Shown here one piece after another: positions 29,750 through 38,875 of a stretch of 57,094 nucleotides of DNA (the stretch's first letter is position 1; the number at the start of each line of letters is the position of its first letter). A program made the translations under genes and the position numbers. Below the pieces are notes generated by a model that worked only from the letters and a program-made list of their open reading frames with translations, did not search any database and was not told the origin of the DNA. The stretch comes from Bacteroidota bacterium (GTDB taxonomy: Bacteria > Bacteroidota > Bacteroidia > Bacteroidales > ML635J-15): NCBI GenBank assembly GCA_034658655.1, contig JAYEFQ010000026.1, positions 1 through 57,094 on the forward strand. The letters run 5' to 3'.

Positions 29750-30512
29750 AATATCGTAATAAATAAAAAATTACCAGTGCGACAATAATGAACAGAACAG
29801 CAACAGGGCGCGTATATTTTAAGCCGTAACTTGTAAAGCGTTCAAAAATCATAACGGGCGTTGTCATAGGGTGATAAGCAATGATTACCACTGCGCCAAA
29901 CTCACTCATTCCACGAGCAAACATCATAATTAAACCGGACAACACCCCACGCCATGCAAGCGGCAATGAGACAGTAAAAAAACAACGAAACGGCGATGCT
30001 CCAAGATTTCTTGCTGTCAACTCAAGACGTTTCGGAACGGCTGCAAATGCATCCCGTGAGGCATTAATCAAAAAGGGAATACTGACAAAAGCCATTGCAA
30101 GTCCTATTCCGAGCGGACTACCCACAAAACTTAAACCTACCGATTCAGCCATTTGTCCAAGGACAGTATCCCGTGAAACAAAACCTAACAAAGCAATTCC
30201 GGCAGCAGTATGAGGAATCACAATCGGCAAATCAATCAATACCTGCAAAAACGTTTTACCAACAAATTTTTTTCTTGCCAATAACCATGAAAAAGGAATG
30301 GCTGCCACCGCAAAAAACAAGGTGGAAAAACCAGCACTCAACAAAGTAACTTTAATACTTGCCTGCACCTCCGGTTCTCTGACAGTTTCCATCATTGCGG
30401 GAAACTCCGTGTGTAAAAACATAGAGACTAAAGGGGCAACAATGAATAATAAAACCAGCGCACCCAATAAAGCAAATATTGCATTAAAACCTATGTTGCT
30501 GTATCTCGGCAT
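29712..30512 (-). CDS. wtpB: Tungstate/molybdate ABC transporter permease
   Basis: IDLPIVIPHTAAGIALL, ARNLGAS and ARGMSEFGAV..AYHP motifs. Confidence 0.85.
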   Translation of the reverse strand: MPRYSNIGFNAIFALLGALVLLFIVAPLVSMFLHTEFPAMMETVREPEVQASIKVTLLSAGFSTLFFAVAAIPFSWLLARKKFVGKTFLQVLIDLPIVIPHTAAGIALLGFVSRDTVLGQMAESVGLSFVGSPLGIGLAMAFVSIPFLINASRDAFAAVPKRLELTARNLGASPFRCFFTVSLPLAWRGVLSGLIMMFARGMSEFGAVVIIAYHPMTTPVMIFERFTSYGLKYTRPVAVLFIIVALVIFYLLRYFAKPKHVKHTAN

Positions 30513-31567
30513 TATTTGTCAGTCAAATTTCTATATTCAATTTTAGACATTGATTTAACGGCTCTGTCTGAAAAAAAATCAGAAGGAACAAATAAGCGAA
30601 ATTTACCGCCGTTTACATCTCCCCTGTCGTTAATCATCACTTCAGACTGATCATTTCTGTTCATGATTTCAGAGAATGAGAAAACCACACGGTATCCGTC
30701 CACTGAAGCAATAATGAAAATTCCGTGCTTCAGCGCCTCTGCATTAAACGTATAATCTGTTGCAATAACATCTTTTAGCCATTTCCCTTCAAAATCAGTG
30801 ATCCCGTGAATTCCACGACCTCTACCGTAAAAGATATTCTTAACGCGCTGGGTTGTAATGTCTTCATCAAATGTTTTGATTTCACGGACAAATTCTCCTG
30901 CATTATACAATTCAAATGATTCTGCAAACAAGGGCTCTGTCTCGGGAATTTCAGGAAATTCACCGGTGCATGAATGAACGCTGAGTTTTATCGGATTTTC
31001 AATCATGCGATTAGTAAATAAATCCAAGGCAGGGATTAGCTGAGTTTTCTGAGGCAAAGACCATTGATCTTTTGTTTTCGATGGGACAATCGGATTTACT
31101 GCATTTGCAATGATAATCTGATGCTGATTGGCCGCATAATAGATTTCCCCCCATGAAAAGACAACAAATTCGCCTTTATCATTCTCAACAATCACATACA
31201 AATCAATTATCGGCGAATAATCCGCTTCATTGGCTTTCTCCACTTTAATTTCATTTAGAATGTCATACAATGACACTCCGTGAAATTCATAAGCGCCCAC
31301 AAATTCGCCTCCTTGCTCAGAAAGCCGAGTGTCTTTAAACAAGACCGAACGCTGCGGAAAATCTGACAAATCCAAATTCATTTCACTTGCGACTTCACCA
31401 CTGATTTGAATTGAAAAATCGCTTTCAAGCTGTTTTTGTGGAGTATCATCATAAAAATCATTGGTTTCAATGCTATCATTATTCACATTTACTATTTCCT
31501 CATTTCCCTGAGGTGATTGACACGCAAAAACTACAGCTACAAGCAGTACTAATGCAATTTTTTTCAT
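30512..31567 (-). CDS. Uncharacterised lipoprotein with two sulfite-oxidase/molybdopterin-binding-like domains
   Basis: Lipobox VFAC; two related halves (GVSLYDIL..VVFSWGEI and GKWLKDVI..DGYRVVFSFSEI..FRLFVPSD..RAVK). Confidence 0.55.
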   Translation of the reverse strand: MKKIALVLLVAVVFACQSPQGNEEIVNVNNDSIETNDFYDDTPQKQLESDFSIQISGEVASEMNLDLSDFPQRSVLFKDTRLSEQGGEFVGAYEFHGVSLYDILNEIKVEKANEADYSPIIDLYVIVENDKGEFVVFSWGEIYYAANQHQIIIANAVNPIVPSKTKDQWSLPQKTQLIPALDLFTNRMIENPIKLSVHSCTGEFPEIPETEPLFAESFELYNAGEFVREIKTFDEDITTQRVKNIFYGRGRGIHGITDFEGKWLKDVIATDYTFNAEALKHGIFIIASVDGYRVVFSFSEIMNRNDQSEVMINDRGDVNGGKFRLFVPSDFFSDRAVKSMSKIEYRNLTDK

Positions 31568-31575
31568 AATAGTAA

Positions 31576-32511
31576 CTATTTCAAATTCAGTTGTTTTAAG
31601 ATTTTCTCATCTTGATAAATTGGTTCCTGTCCGAGATTTTTCAAGATTTTCATTCCCTTTTCAGGATGCAGTAAAAATGCCAAAAAATCTTCAGCAAGCG
31701 AAAGATTTTCAGCATTATTTGGAATCGTCAGCGAATAAACCATTGCTTCAGCAATCATTTCCACAGAATCTCCGGGTTGATTTCCATGAATATAAGTGGT
31801 AGAATTTGCATACCACTCATTCAATTCTGGCTTTGCAAGATTTACGGAATCAGAAAGAGTTATAAAATTCAAATCGTGCTGAACAGCAACCGATTTATAA
31901 ATAAAAATGTAGTCTATTGCATGTGCTTCAAGCAATCCTAACAAATCGGTTTCTTTCGGACGCACGTATGCTTTATCTTTTTTGAGCAAATCAACAATCT
32001 GCGGGGTTCCACTACGAATTGCTTCCAATTGTAAAAGTAAAACTGTCCGATAACCACAAGGATCTGCATGCGGGTTTGATCGACCGTAAATAATATAATT
32101 TTCAAACAATATTTCCGTCCAATTATTTGCATTAATCTTATCGCTTTCGCGGGATTTATCAGTAAAGGCAATTACCATTTCATTTCTTGCAAAGGGCAAA
32201 TTCCATGCGGCATAATCGGGAATAAGAAACTTATCAATCACACGAATATCGGCAGAAGCCATGATATCGCAATTTCGATTTAATTCCGTAATTTTTCTAG
32301 CACAATCCACCGATCCGGAAGCCTCAGTTTTTATGCTAACCTCCGGGTTTTCCACAAGATAAGCTGCCGTAATTTCCTGAAAAGGAACAGATAAACTCCC
32401 TGCATGAAAAATTACAATCTGATTCTCCTCCTTGTTAGGATTGCATGAATTACATATTATCAAAAGAAAGACAACAAGTCCGAGACTTAAAAAAATAGAT
32501 TTTTTCTTCAT
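31576..32511 (-). CDS. wtpA: Tungstate/molybdate-binding lipoprotein, WtpA type
   Basis: HAGSL, SGS, ASAD, DPCGYR, RPKETDL and YKSVA.QH motifs typical of WtpA. Confidence 0.85.
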   Translation of the reverse strand: MKKKSIFLSLGLVVFLLIICNSCNPNKEENQIVIFHAGSLSVPFQEITAAYLVENPEVSIKTEASGSVDCARKITELNRNCDIMASADIRVIDKFLIPDYAAWNLPFARNEMVIAFTDKSRESDKINANNWTEILFENYIIYGRSNPHADPCGYRTVLLLQLEAIRSGTPQIVDLLKKDKAYVRPKETDLLGLLEAHAIDYIFIYKSVAVQHDLNFITLSDSVNLAKPELNEWYANSTTYIHGNQPGDSVEMIAEAMVYSLTIPNNAENLSLAEDFLAFLLHPEKGMKILKNLGQEPIYQDEKILKQLNLK

Positions 32512-35234
32512 TTTAACAATTCGATTTTTACTGCTGTTAATTTAAAAGGTGCGATTTTAGAATACGGATCTAAATCAGATCGTGTTAGTCGATTTACTCG
32601 TGCCTCTGCAAAATGCCATGGCATAAACAACTCTCCGACAGCCACTTCATCTGTCAACCTTGCAAAGGTTTCCAATTCTCCCCTACTGTTTGACAATCGT
32701 ACTTTATCGTGATTTTTGATTCCAAGCCGATCGGCTTCCACAAAATTGATAAGCACATAGGATTCATCTGCAAAGGCATTCAACGAATCGTTTTTTCGCG
32801 ACATAGTAGCAGAATGAAATTGATACAAAATACGCCCTGAGTTCAGAATAAAAGGATGTTTGTCATCGGGTTGTTCGCTGCTTTCGACATGCTCAACGGG
32901 AAAAAGTTTCGCCAACCCATTTGGCGTATTAAATTTATCGAGAAATAATGTGCTTGTTCCCTGGTGATTTTCATCTGGACAAGGCCATTGAATTCCCTGT
33001 CTTTCAATACGATCATAAGAAATTCCGCGCATGATGGGAGTTGCCAGAGCAATCTCTTCAAAAATTTCGTTTGCAGATTGATAGTTTCCAATCGGTTTCC
33101 CCATCGCCTTTGCGATGTCGAGAATTATTTCCCAATCGCTACGAGCTTCTCCGGGCGCATCAACTGCTTTACGCACCCTTAATACACGACGATCTGAATT
33201 CACAAAGGTTCCGTCTTTTTCAGCAAAGGAGGCAGCGGGCAAAATCACATCTGCAAATTCGGTTGTTTCGGTATGGAAAATATCCTGAACCACCATAAAG
33301 TCAAGTTTTTCAATGGCTTTTTGGGTGTGATTCAAATCAGGATCGGTAACCATAGGATTTTCGCCCATAATAAATAAGCCTTTAATATCACCATGATAAG
33401 CAGCATGCATAATTTCAACCGTTGACAGTCCCTTTTCACCCGAGAGCAACTCATAATCGGTATTCCATAATTTAGCAATGCGCTTTCGATTTTCATCATC
33501 AGCTATTGGAATGTATCCAGGATACACCAAGGGAGATACGCCCACATCAGTTGCTCCCTGCACATTATTTTGTCCGCGCGGCGGATCAATTCCACATCGC
33601 TCTCGCCCAATTTGTCCGGAAATAAGCATCATATTAATCAATGAAAAGACATTGTTTGTTCCAGAAGTTTGCTGGCTCATTCCCATTCCCGTAGCAATCA
33701 TTGCGGTATCTGCTCCGGCGTAAATTCGAGCAGCCTGAGTAATTTTATCCGCAGGTACATTAGTAATTTTTTCTGTGTATTCGGGCGTATATTTTTCGAC
33801 GAGTTGTTTGAGTTCCTCAAATGCATTCATTCCTCCATCAACACGATTCTCGATAAATTTTCTATCAATCATGTCATCCTTAATGATTTGCCGAATGATT
33901 CCATTCAAAAGTGCAACATCTGTACCGATACGTTGTTGCAGCCAAAGGGTAGCATATTTCACCAAGGGAGTCCATTTCGGATCGCAAACAATAATTTTCT
34001 GTCCTTTTCTTGCCCCAGACTTCACATATGTTGCTGTGATAGGATGCGTTTCAATAATATTATTTCCCGTAACAAACAGACAATCGGTTGTTTCAAAATC
34101 CTCAATGGAATTGCTTCCGGCACCGTCACCAATAGATTTCAGCATGGCTGTTACGGTTGATGCATGACACAATCGAGTACAATAATCTAAATTATTATTC
34201 CCGAATGCCATACGAACAAATTTCTGGAAAATATAATTATCCTCATTGGTGCATTTTGCAGATGCGTATCCTGCCAAAGCTTTATTTCCATGTTTTTCAA
34301 TTATCCCGTTAAATTTTTCGGCAATAAGTGAAATTGCTTCATCCCATGTGGCTTTTCTAAACTCTCCATTTTCCTTAATTAATGGATGAGTTAATCGCTT
34401 TTTACTGCTAACAAAATCGTAACCAAAACGTCCTTTGATACAAAGTCGCCCATCGTTAGGCAACACGCCTTCAACGCCATCCGAACGCAAAATTTTATTT
34501 CCCTTTACGGATAATTCAATTTGACAACCGACCCCGCAATAAGGACAAGTGGTTTTGACCTTTTTTTCGAGTGTATCTAATTTTATTTCATCACGATGCG
34601 GTTTTTCAATCAGCGCTCCGGTAGGACACATTTGCACACATTCTCCACAGCCATCGCATTCCGATTCGTTCCACACTCCGTTTCCGGCAACGATATAGGA
34701 TGTCAAACCTCTTTCGGCATAAGACAAAACATTTTTCCCCTGCACTTCATCACAGGCTTTTATGCAACGGAAACATTTTATACATTTTGATGCATCGTAA
34801 GTTAAAACGGGCGACGAATCGTCAATTTTAGTCGGAATCATAGAGTGAATATCCGGAATTGATCGTTTTGCTTCCGTTTCGATATTATATTGTGCTGCCA
34901 ATTCCATGACCTCATCCCGATAGGAACCGTCATTTTCAGGATTGTATTCAGACAATAAATACTCTAAGGTGTGTTTTCGTGCTGCCTCAGATTCTTCATC
35001 AAAGGCAGTTACTTTCATGCCATCGCTTACGGAAACGGTACATGACATAACGAGCCCTTTTTGTCCTTCTATTTTCACAACACAAAGGCGACATGCACCG
35101 GTTGGAGAAAGTTTTTTATGATAACATAAATGCGGGATTTTTATATTGTTATCAAGTGCAACCTGCAATAGATTTTCACCTTCCTCAGTTTGAATTGTTT
35201 TATTATCAATCTGTATTTGAATTTGCTTTGCCAT
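32508..35234 (-). CDS. fdhA: Formate dehydrogenase alpha subunit (Cys form, cytoplasmic, N-terminal Fe-S extension)
   Basis: 2Fe-2S motif (CYH..GACRLC..C), two 4Fe-4S motifs, CPYCGVGC..C, active-site CTRLCHA and RGQNNVQG; no Tat signal. Confidence 0.92.
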   Translation of the reverse strand: MAKQIQIQIDNKTIQTEEGENLLQVALDNNIKIPHLCYHKKLSPTGACRLCVVKIEGQKGLVMSCTVSVSDGMKVTAFDEESEAARKHTLEYLLSEYNPENDGSYRDEVMELAAQYNIETEAKRSIPDIHSMIPTKIDDSSPVLTYDASKCIKCFRCIKACDEVQGKNVLSYAERGLTSYIVAGNGVWNESECDGCGECVQMCPTGALIEKPHRDEIKLDTLEKKVKTTCPYCGVGCQIELSVKGNKILRSDGVEGVLPNDGRLCIKGRFGYDFVSSKKRLTHPLIKENGEFRKATWDEAISLIAEKFNGIIEKHGNKALAGYASAKCTNEDNYIFQKFVRMAFGNNNLDYCTRLCHASTVTAMLKSIGDGAGSNSIEDFETTDCLFVTGNNIIETHPITATYVKSGARKGQKIIVCDPKWTPLVKYATLWLQQRIGTDVALLNGIIRQIIKDDMIDRKFIENRVDGGMNAFEELKQLVEKYTPEYTEKITNVPADKITQAARIYAGADTAMIATGMGMSQQTSGTNNVFSLINMMLISGQIGRERCGIDPPRGQNNVQGATDVGVSPLVYPGYIPIADDENRKRIAKLWNTDYELLSGEKGLSTVEIMHAAYHGDIKGLFIMGENPMVTDPDLNHTQKAIEKLDFMVVQDIFHTETTEFADVILPAASFAEKDGTFVNSDRRVLRVRKAVDAPGEARSDWEIILDIAKAMGKPIGNYQSANEIFEEIALATPIMRGISYDRIERQGIQWPCPDENHQGTSTLFLDKFNTPNGLAKLFPVEHVESSEQPDDKHPFILNSGRILYQFHSATMSRKNDSLNAFADESYVLINFVEADRLGIKNHDKVRLSNSRGELETFARLTDEVAVGELFMPWHFAEARVNRLTRSDLDPYSKIAPFKLTAVKIELLK

Positions 35235-35240
35235 GATAAA

Positions 35241-36485
35241 TTAGATTTTGTCCCTAAGGTGTTGATTAAAACTGGAAATCGGAATAATCGGAGATGCCCC
35301 GAGCGGGCAAAGTGAGTTTGCCGCAATGTATTCTGCTTCGAATTGCATTTTATCTAAAATGATTTCTTGATTAACAGCTTGCGTTGTTTTCAACTCTTGT
35401 GCCATTAAAGCAAGTTGAGCGGTGCCCACCCGACACGGGATACATTTCCCGCAGGATTCATGTTTAAAAAACTCCATAATATCCGCCATGAATTCCAAAG
35501 GATCTCGAGTTTCATTGAGCACCATAATTGCGCCACTGCCAAACACACCTCCGATTTTTTTTATGCTGTCGTAACATAACGGAATATCAAGATGTTCGTC
35601 AGAGAGGAAAGATCCGGCTGCCCCCCCAACTAATATTGCTTTCACTGGTACATTATCTTTCATGCCACCGGCAATTTCAATTAATTCGCGCAAGCTGACA
35701 CCCATTTCGGTTTCATAATTTCCTGCGTTATTTACATCTCCACTTATGCTAAAAATCTTTGTTCCGGGAGAATCTTTTGTTCCATATTTTCGATATGCAT
35801 CCGCGCCATTTTCGACAATAAACGGCATATGTGAAAAGGTTTCCACATTATGAACAAGGGTTGGTTTTTGCCATAATCCATGCTGAGCTGGAAAGGGAGG
35901 TTTTATTCTTGGATATCCCCGTTTTCCTTCAAGGGATTCAATCAATGTCAACTCTTCACCGCAAAGGTAAGAACCGGCACCCAATCGGATTTCCAAATCG
36001 AGTTTAAACTCATCATCGGCATCAAACACTTTGCCTAGCCAACCTTCAGCATAATAATTATCCAAAGCACGCTGGATTTTTCGGATAGAGTCGGTATATT
36101 CACCACGAATATAAATAAAACCTTTTGTTGCACCAATTGCCCATGCAGCAACCAATATGCCCTCAATAAGTAGATGAGGATCGTTTTCCATAATCGCCCT
36201 ATCTTTAAAAGTTCCGGGTTCTCCTTCATCTGCATTGCAAATAATATATTTTTGTCCGCAATAGCGACACAAACTTTCATCTGTAAACTTGCCTTTTAAT
36301 CCTGCTGAAAAACCAGCACCTCCACGTCCACGCAATCCACTGTCATTAATCGCTTTTAATACATCAAGCGGTTCCATTTTCAGTGCTTTTTGAAACGCAT
36401 TTAATCCTCCGACACGTTTATATTCCGCAAAACTTTCAGGGGCAATTTTTCCTGCATTTTTTAATGCTATTTTTGTTTCAATCAT
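35241..36485 (-). CDS. NuoF-like FMN/NAD(H)-binding beta subunit of the FDH complex
   Basis: GLRGRGGAGF, NADEGEPGTFKDR, CGEE and ESCGKCIPCR..LC motifs. Confidence 0.9.
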   Translation of the reverse strand: MIETKIALKNAGKIAPESFAEYKRVGGLNAFQKALKMEPLDVLKAINDSGLRGRGGAGFSAGLKGKFTDESLCRYCGQKYIICNADEGEPGTFKDRAIMENDPHLLIEGILVAAWAIGATKGFIYIRGEYTDSIRKIQRALDNYYAEGWLGKVFDADDEFKLDLEIRLGAGSYLCGEELTLIESLEGKRGYPRIKPPFPAQHGLWQKPTLVHNVETFSHMPFIVENGADAYRKYGTKDSPGTKIFSISGDVNNAGNYETEMGVSLRELIEIAGGMKDNVPVKAILVGGAAGSFLSDEHLDIPLCYDSIKKIGGVFGSGAIMVLNETRDPLEFMADIMEFFKHESCGKCIPCRVGTAQLALMAQELKTTQAVNQEIILDKMQFEAEYIAANSLCPLGASPIIPISSFNQHLRDKI

Positions 36486-36951
36486 GATTTTTAGATTTTT
36501 TTTGCCGGTATTTATTAAGTATCGAATCTATTTTCTCGGGTGTAAGATTCGTATGCAATTCGTCGTTCACCATCATCACGGGAGCTTTATCACAGTGCCC
36601 AAGACATTCAGAGACTTCAAGCGTAAACAACTTTTCTTCATCGGTACCTCCGATCGGAATATTTAATGCAGATTGGATGGAATTAAGGATATCCTGCCCT
36701 CCCAACATGCGACAAATTGGTGATTTACAAACTCGAATGACATATTTCCCTCGGGGCTGCGAGCTGAACATAGAATAATACTCCACAAGACCGTAAACTG
36801 CGGCTTTGGTAGTGTTAATATATTTAGCAATTGCCGCAATATCAGATTCAGAAATATAAGATTGGGCTGAATGGTTTTGAGTGTCATGCAAAATGTTCAG
36901 CAGCTGATCGGGCGAGGCTTCATATTTTGCAAGAATGTCATGTATCTGCAT
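36478..36951 (-). CDS. NuoE-like 2Fe-2S gamma subunit of the FDH complex
   Basis: VCKSPIC and ECLGHC.KAP motifs; likely start ATG 36951. Confidence 0.88.
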   Translation of the reverse strand: MQIHDILAKYEASPDQLLNILHDTQNHSAQSYISESDIAAIAKYINTTKAAVYGLVEYYSMFSSQPRGKYVIRVCKSPICRMLGGQDILNSIQSALNIPIGGTDEEKLFTLEVSECLGHCDKAPVMMVNDELHTNLTPEKIDSILNKYRQKKSKNHD

Positions 36952-37107
36952 ATTTTTGTGTTTTTGATAAAAATACAAAAAATTTCATATATTCAGATTA
37001 AATATTTGATTGATGGATTAATGATAAATGTCTAATTTGTGTGCTCAATTTAACTTAAGACTTTACTTTCTACCGCACATGCCAACACTTTTAAAAAACC
37101 TGAATAA

Positions 37108-37356
37108 AAAAGGAGTTTGACACGCAGGGAAAAGTACCGCAGAGATTCGCAAAGGAGCAAAGGAGCGCAAAGATGAACTGAAAAGAGCTTGACAGGTAAG
37201 AAAAAGTAACGCAAAGGAGAAAAAAAAAGTTAGACGGGGAGGGAAACTAAAAGGAGTTTGACACGCAGGGAAAAGTAACGCAGAGATTCGCAAAGGAGCA
37301 AAGTAGCGCAAAGATGAACTGAAAAGAGCTTGACAGGTAAGAAAAAGTAATGCAAA
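37108..37356. repeat. Tandem ~108-bp direct repeat with 141-bp period and internal CGCAAAG-type sub-repeats
   Basis: 37108-37215 and 37249-37356 are nearly identical. Confidence 0.85.
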
Positions 37357-37435
37357 AGTTAGCTAAAGAAATATGCATTCTTACTCAGATCTTCGCTTTC
37401 CGGCACGAGCAAAAAAGGTCTGAGAATCATAAATT

Positions 37436-38131
37436 TCAAATTGGAAAATGATAATAATTCATGCTGTCTTTTCGTGCAAAACCGATGAGTCCGATGTTAT
37501 TCTGTTTGCAAATGTCAATTGCAGCATGGCTTACTGCTGATTTAGTAACAATCCACGGGACATTAATCATTGCAAGCGATTGCACAATTTGTTTGGTTAC
37601 CCGACACGTCAACAACACCATTTTATCATGTGCCGAAAATTCTTCTGTCAAAATCTTTCCGATTAATATTTCGAGCGCATTGTTTCTGGAAATATCTTCA
37701 GAAAACAAATGGATTTTCGAACTATCAGACAAGGCGACAGCGTGAATCGCCCCAGTTTTTTGAAATGCATCACTTTTTGTTTGAAATTTATGCATTAATT
37801 TAAGGCTTGTATTAGCAGAAAGTTCAAAATATTTTGTTCTGTTAAATCGGGACAGATTCAATCCTTCTGGTTTCGTTTCAACTTCAATTACATCACCATT
37901 TTGCCAAATTTTAGTGATTTGATTATGTTCAGCTATTATTTTATGAACAAACAAGTGTCCGATTACTAATGCTTTCACATCCTGACCAGAACAATACAGC
38001 GTATCAAAAAACTTACTATTTATATAGAGTTTAAGGACATACTCTTTTGCAACGACATCCTCAACTTTAATAGAATGATGATTTTCGAATCGAACTATTT
38101 TTCTTGTTTCTGTAATTTTCGAGGTCTTCAT
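37436..38131 (-). CDS. fdhD: Formate dehydrogenase accessory protein FdhD, divergent
   Basis: EDVVAKE, FQKTGAIHAVAL, EDISRNNA, KSAVS and LIGFAR motifs. Confidence 0.8.
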   Translation of the reverse strand: MKTSKITETRKIVRFENHHSIKVEDVVAKEYVLKLYINSKFFDTLYCSGQDVKALVIGHLFVHKIIAEHNQITKIWQNGDVIEVETKPEGLNLSRFNRTKYFELSANTSLKLMHKFQTKSDAFQKTGAIHAVALSDSSKIHLFSEDISRNNALEILIGKILTEEFSAHDKMVLLTCRVTKQIVQSLAMINVPWIVTKSAVSHAAIDICKQNNIGLIGFARKDSMNYYHFPI

Positions 38132-38675
38132 AATCGTTAATATTTAGGTAGGTATCAGGAGTTTTAGCTTTCAAGAGATTTCCGCTAGTATATTTGTCCG
38201 TCACACTTCGAATTGAATAGAAATCTGATTGGAATTTTGCTTCAATTTCAGGAATTAAATCGACATGATAAAATGCATGCAAGGTTTGAATATTTCCTAG
38301 GGCTTCAGGCATTACAACCGGCTTTTTAAGCTGCTTATGCAAGTAGCTAATTTCATCGGCAGCAATGTCGGGCAAGTCTCCAGCAACAACAAAAAGCCAT
38401 TCTGTTGAAACTGCTTTTAATGCTGCATGAATTCCTGCTAGCGGACCTTTTCTGGGGAAAATATCTGACACGGTTTTAATTCCATAAGTCTTAAAACTTT
38501 CTGATGAATTTGTCACAATCAAAATTTCATCCGTAAAAACCTTCAGCACATTGAGTTGCCTTTGAATAATCGTTTGTCCATCGATTTCAATAAATGATTT
38601 TATTTTTCCGCCAAAACGACGATTTTGCCCGCCGGCAAGTATTGCGATACTAAATTCTGGATAAAGCGATTTCAT
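38067..38675 (-). CDS. mobA: Molybdenum cofactor guanylyltransferase
   Basis: ILAGGQNRRFGG.IK, GPLAGI, AGDLP and NIN motifs. Confidence 0.88.
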   Translation of the reverse strand: MKSLYPEFSIAILAGGQNRRFGGKIKSFIEIDGQTIIQRQLNVLKVFTDEILIVTNSSESFKTYGIKTVSDIFPRKGPLAGIHAALKAVSTEWLFVVAGDLPDIAADEISYLHKQLKKPVVMPEALGNIQTLHAFYHVDLIPEIEAKFQSDFYSIRSVTDKYTSGNLLKAKTPDTYLNINDYEDLENYRNKKNSSIRKSSFY

Positions 38676-38760
38676 AATTGCAAGATATAAAAAAACAAAT
38701 ATGAATTATTAAGGTATTATCCTTATTTTAGTGGTTGGAAATGTAGTTGAATTGTAAGTT

Positions 38761-38855
38761 ATATCATTTTGAAATCGAAAATCCCGGTATAATGCCGATA
38801 GTGAATCAGCCATGTGGCTGATTCACTATCGGCATTATCATTAAATTCGTGGTAG
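38761..38855 (+). mobile_element. Variant of the dispersed MITE-like family with a perfect 24-bp hairpin
   Basis: Left end resembles copy A; ataatgccgatagtgaatcagcca-tg-tggctgattcactatcggcattat at 38789-38838. Confidence 0.55.
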
Positions 38856-38875
38856 AACCATTTTTTAAAAATAAA

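Noticed and set aside
34160-34185. Selenocysteine in FdhA
   Set aside because: The active-site residue is an ordinary Cys codon in an uninterrupted ORF
35241-36951. Respiratory complex I nuoEF or hydrogenase subunits
   Set aside because: No other nuo genes or H-cluster motifs; directly coupled to fdhA
37108-37356. CRISPR-like array or 82-aa ORF (37063-37311)
   Set aside because: No unique spacers; the ORF is a low-complexity translation of the repeat
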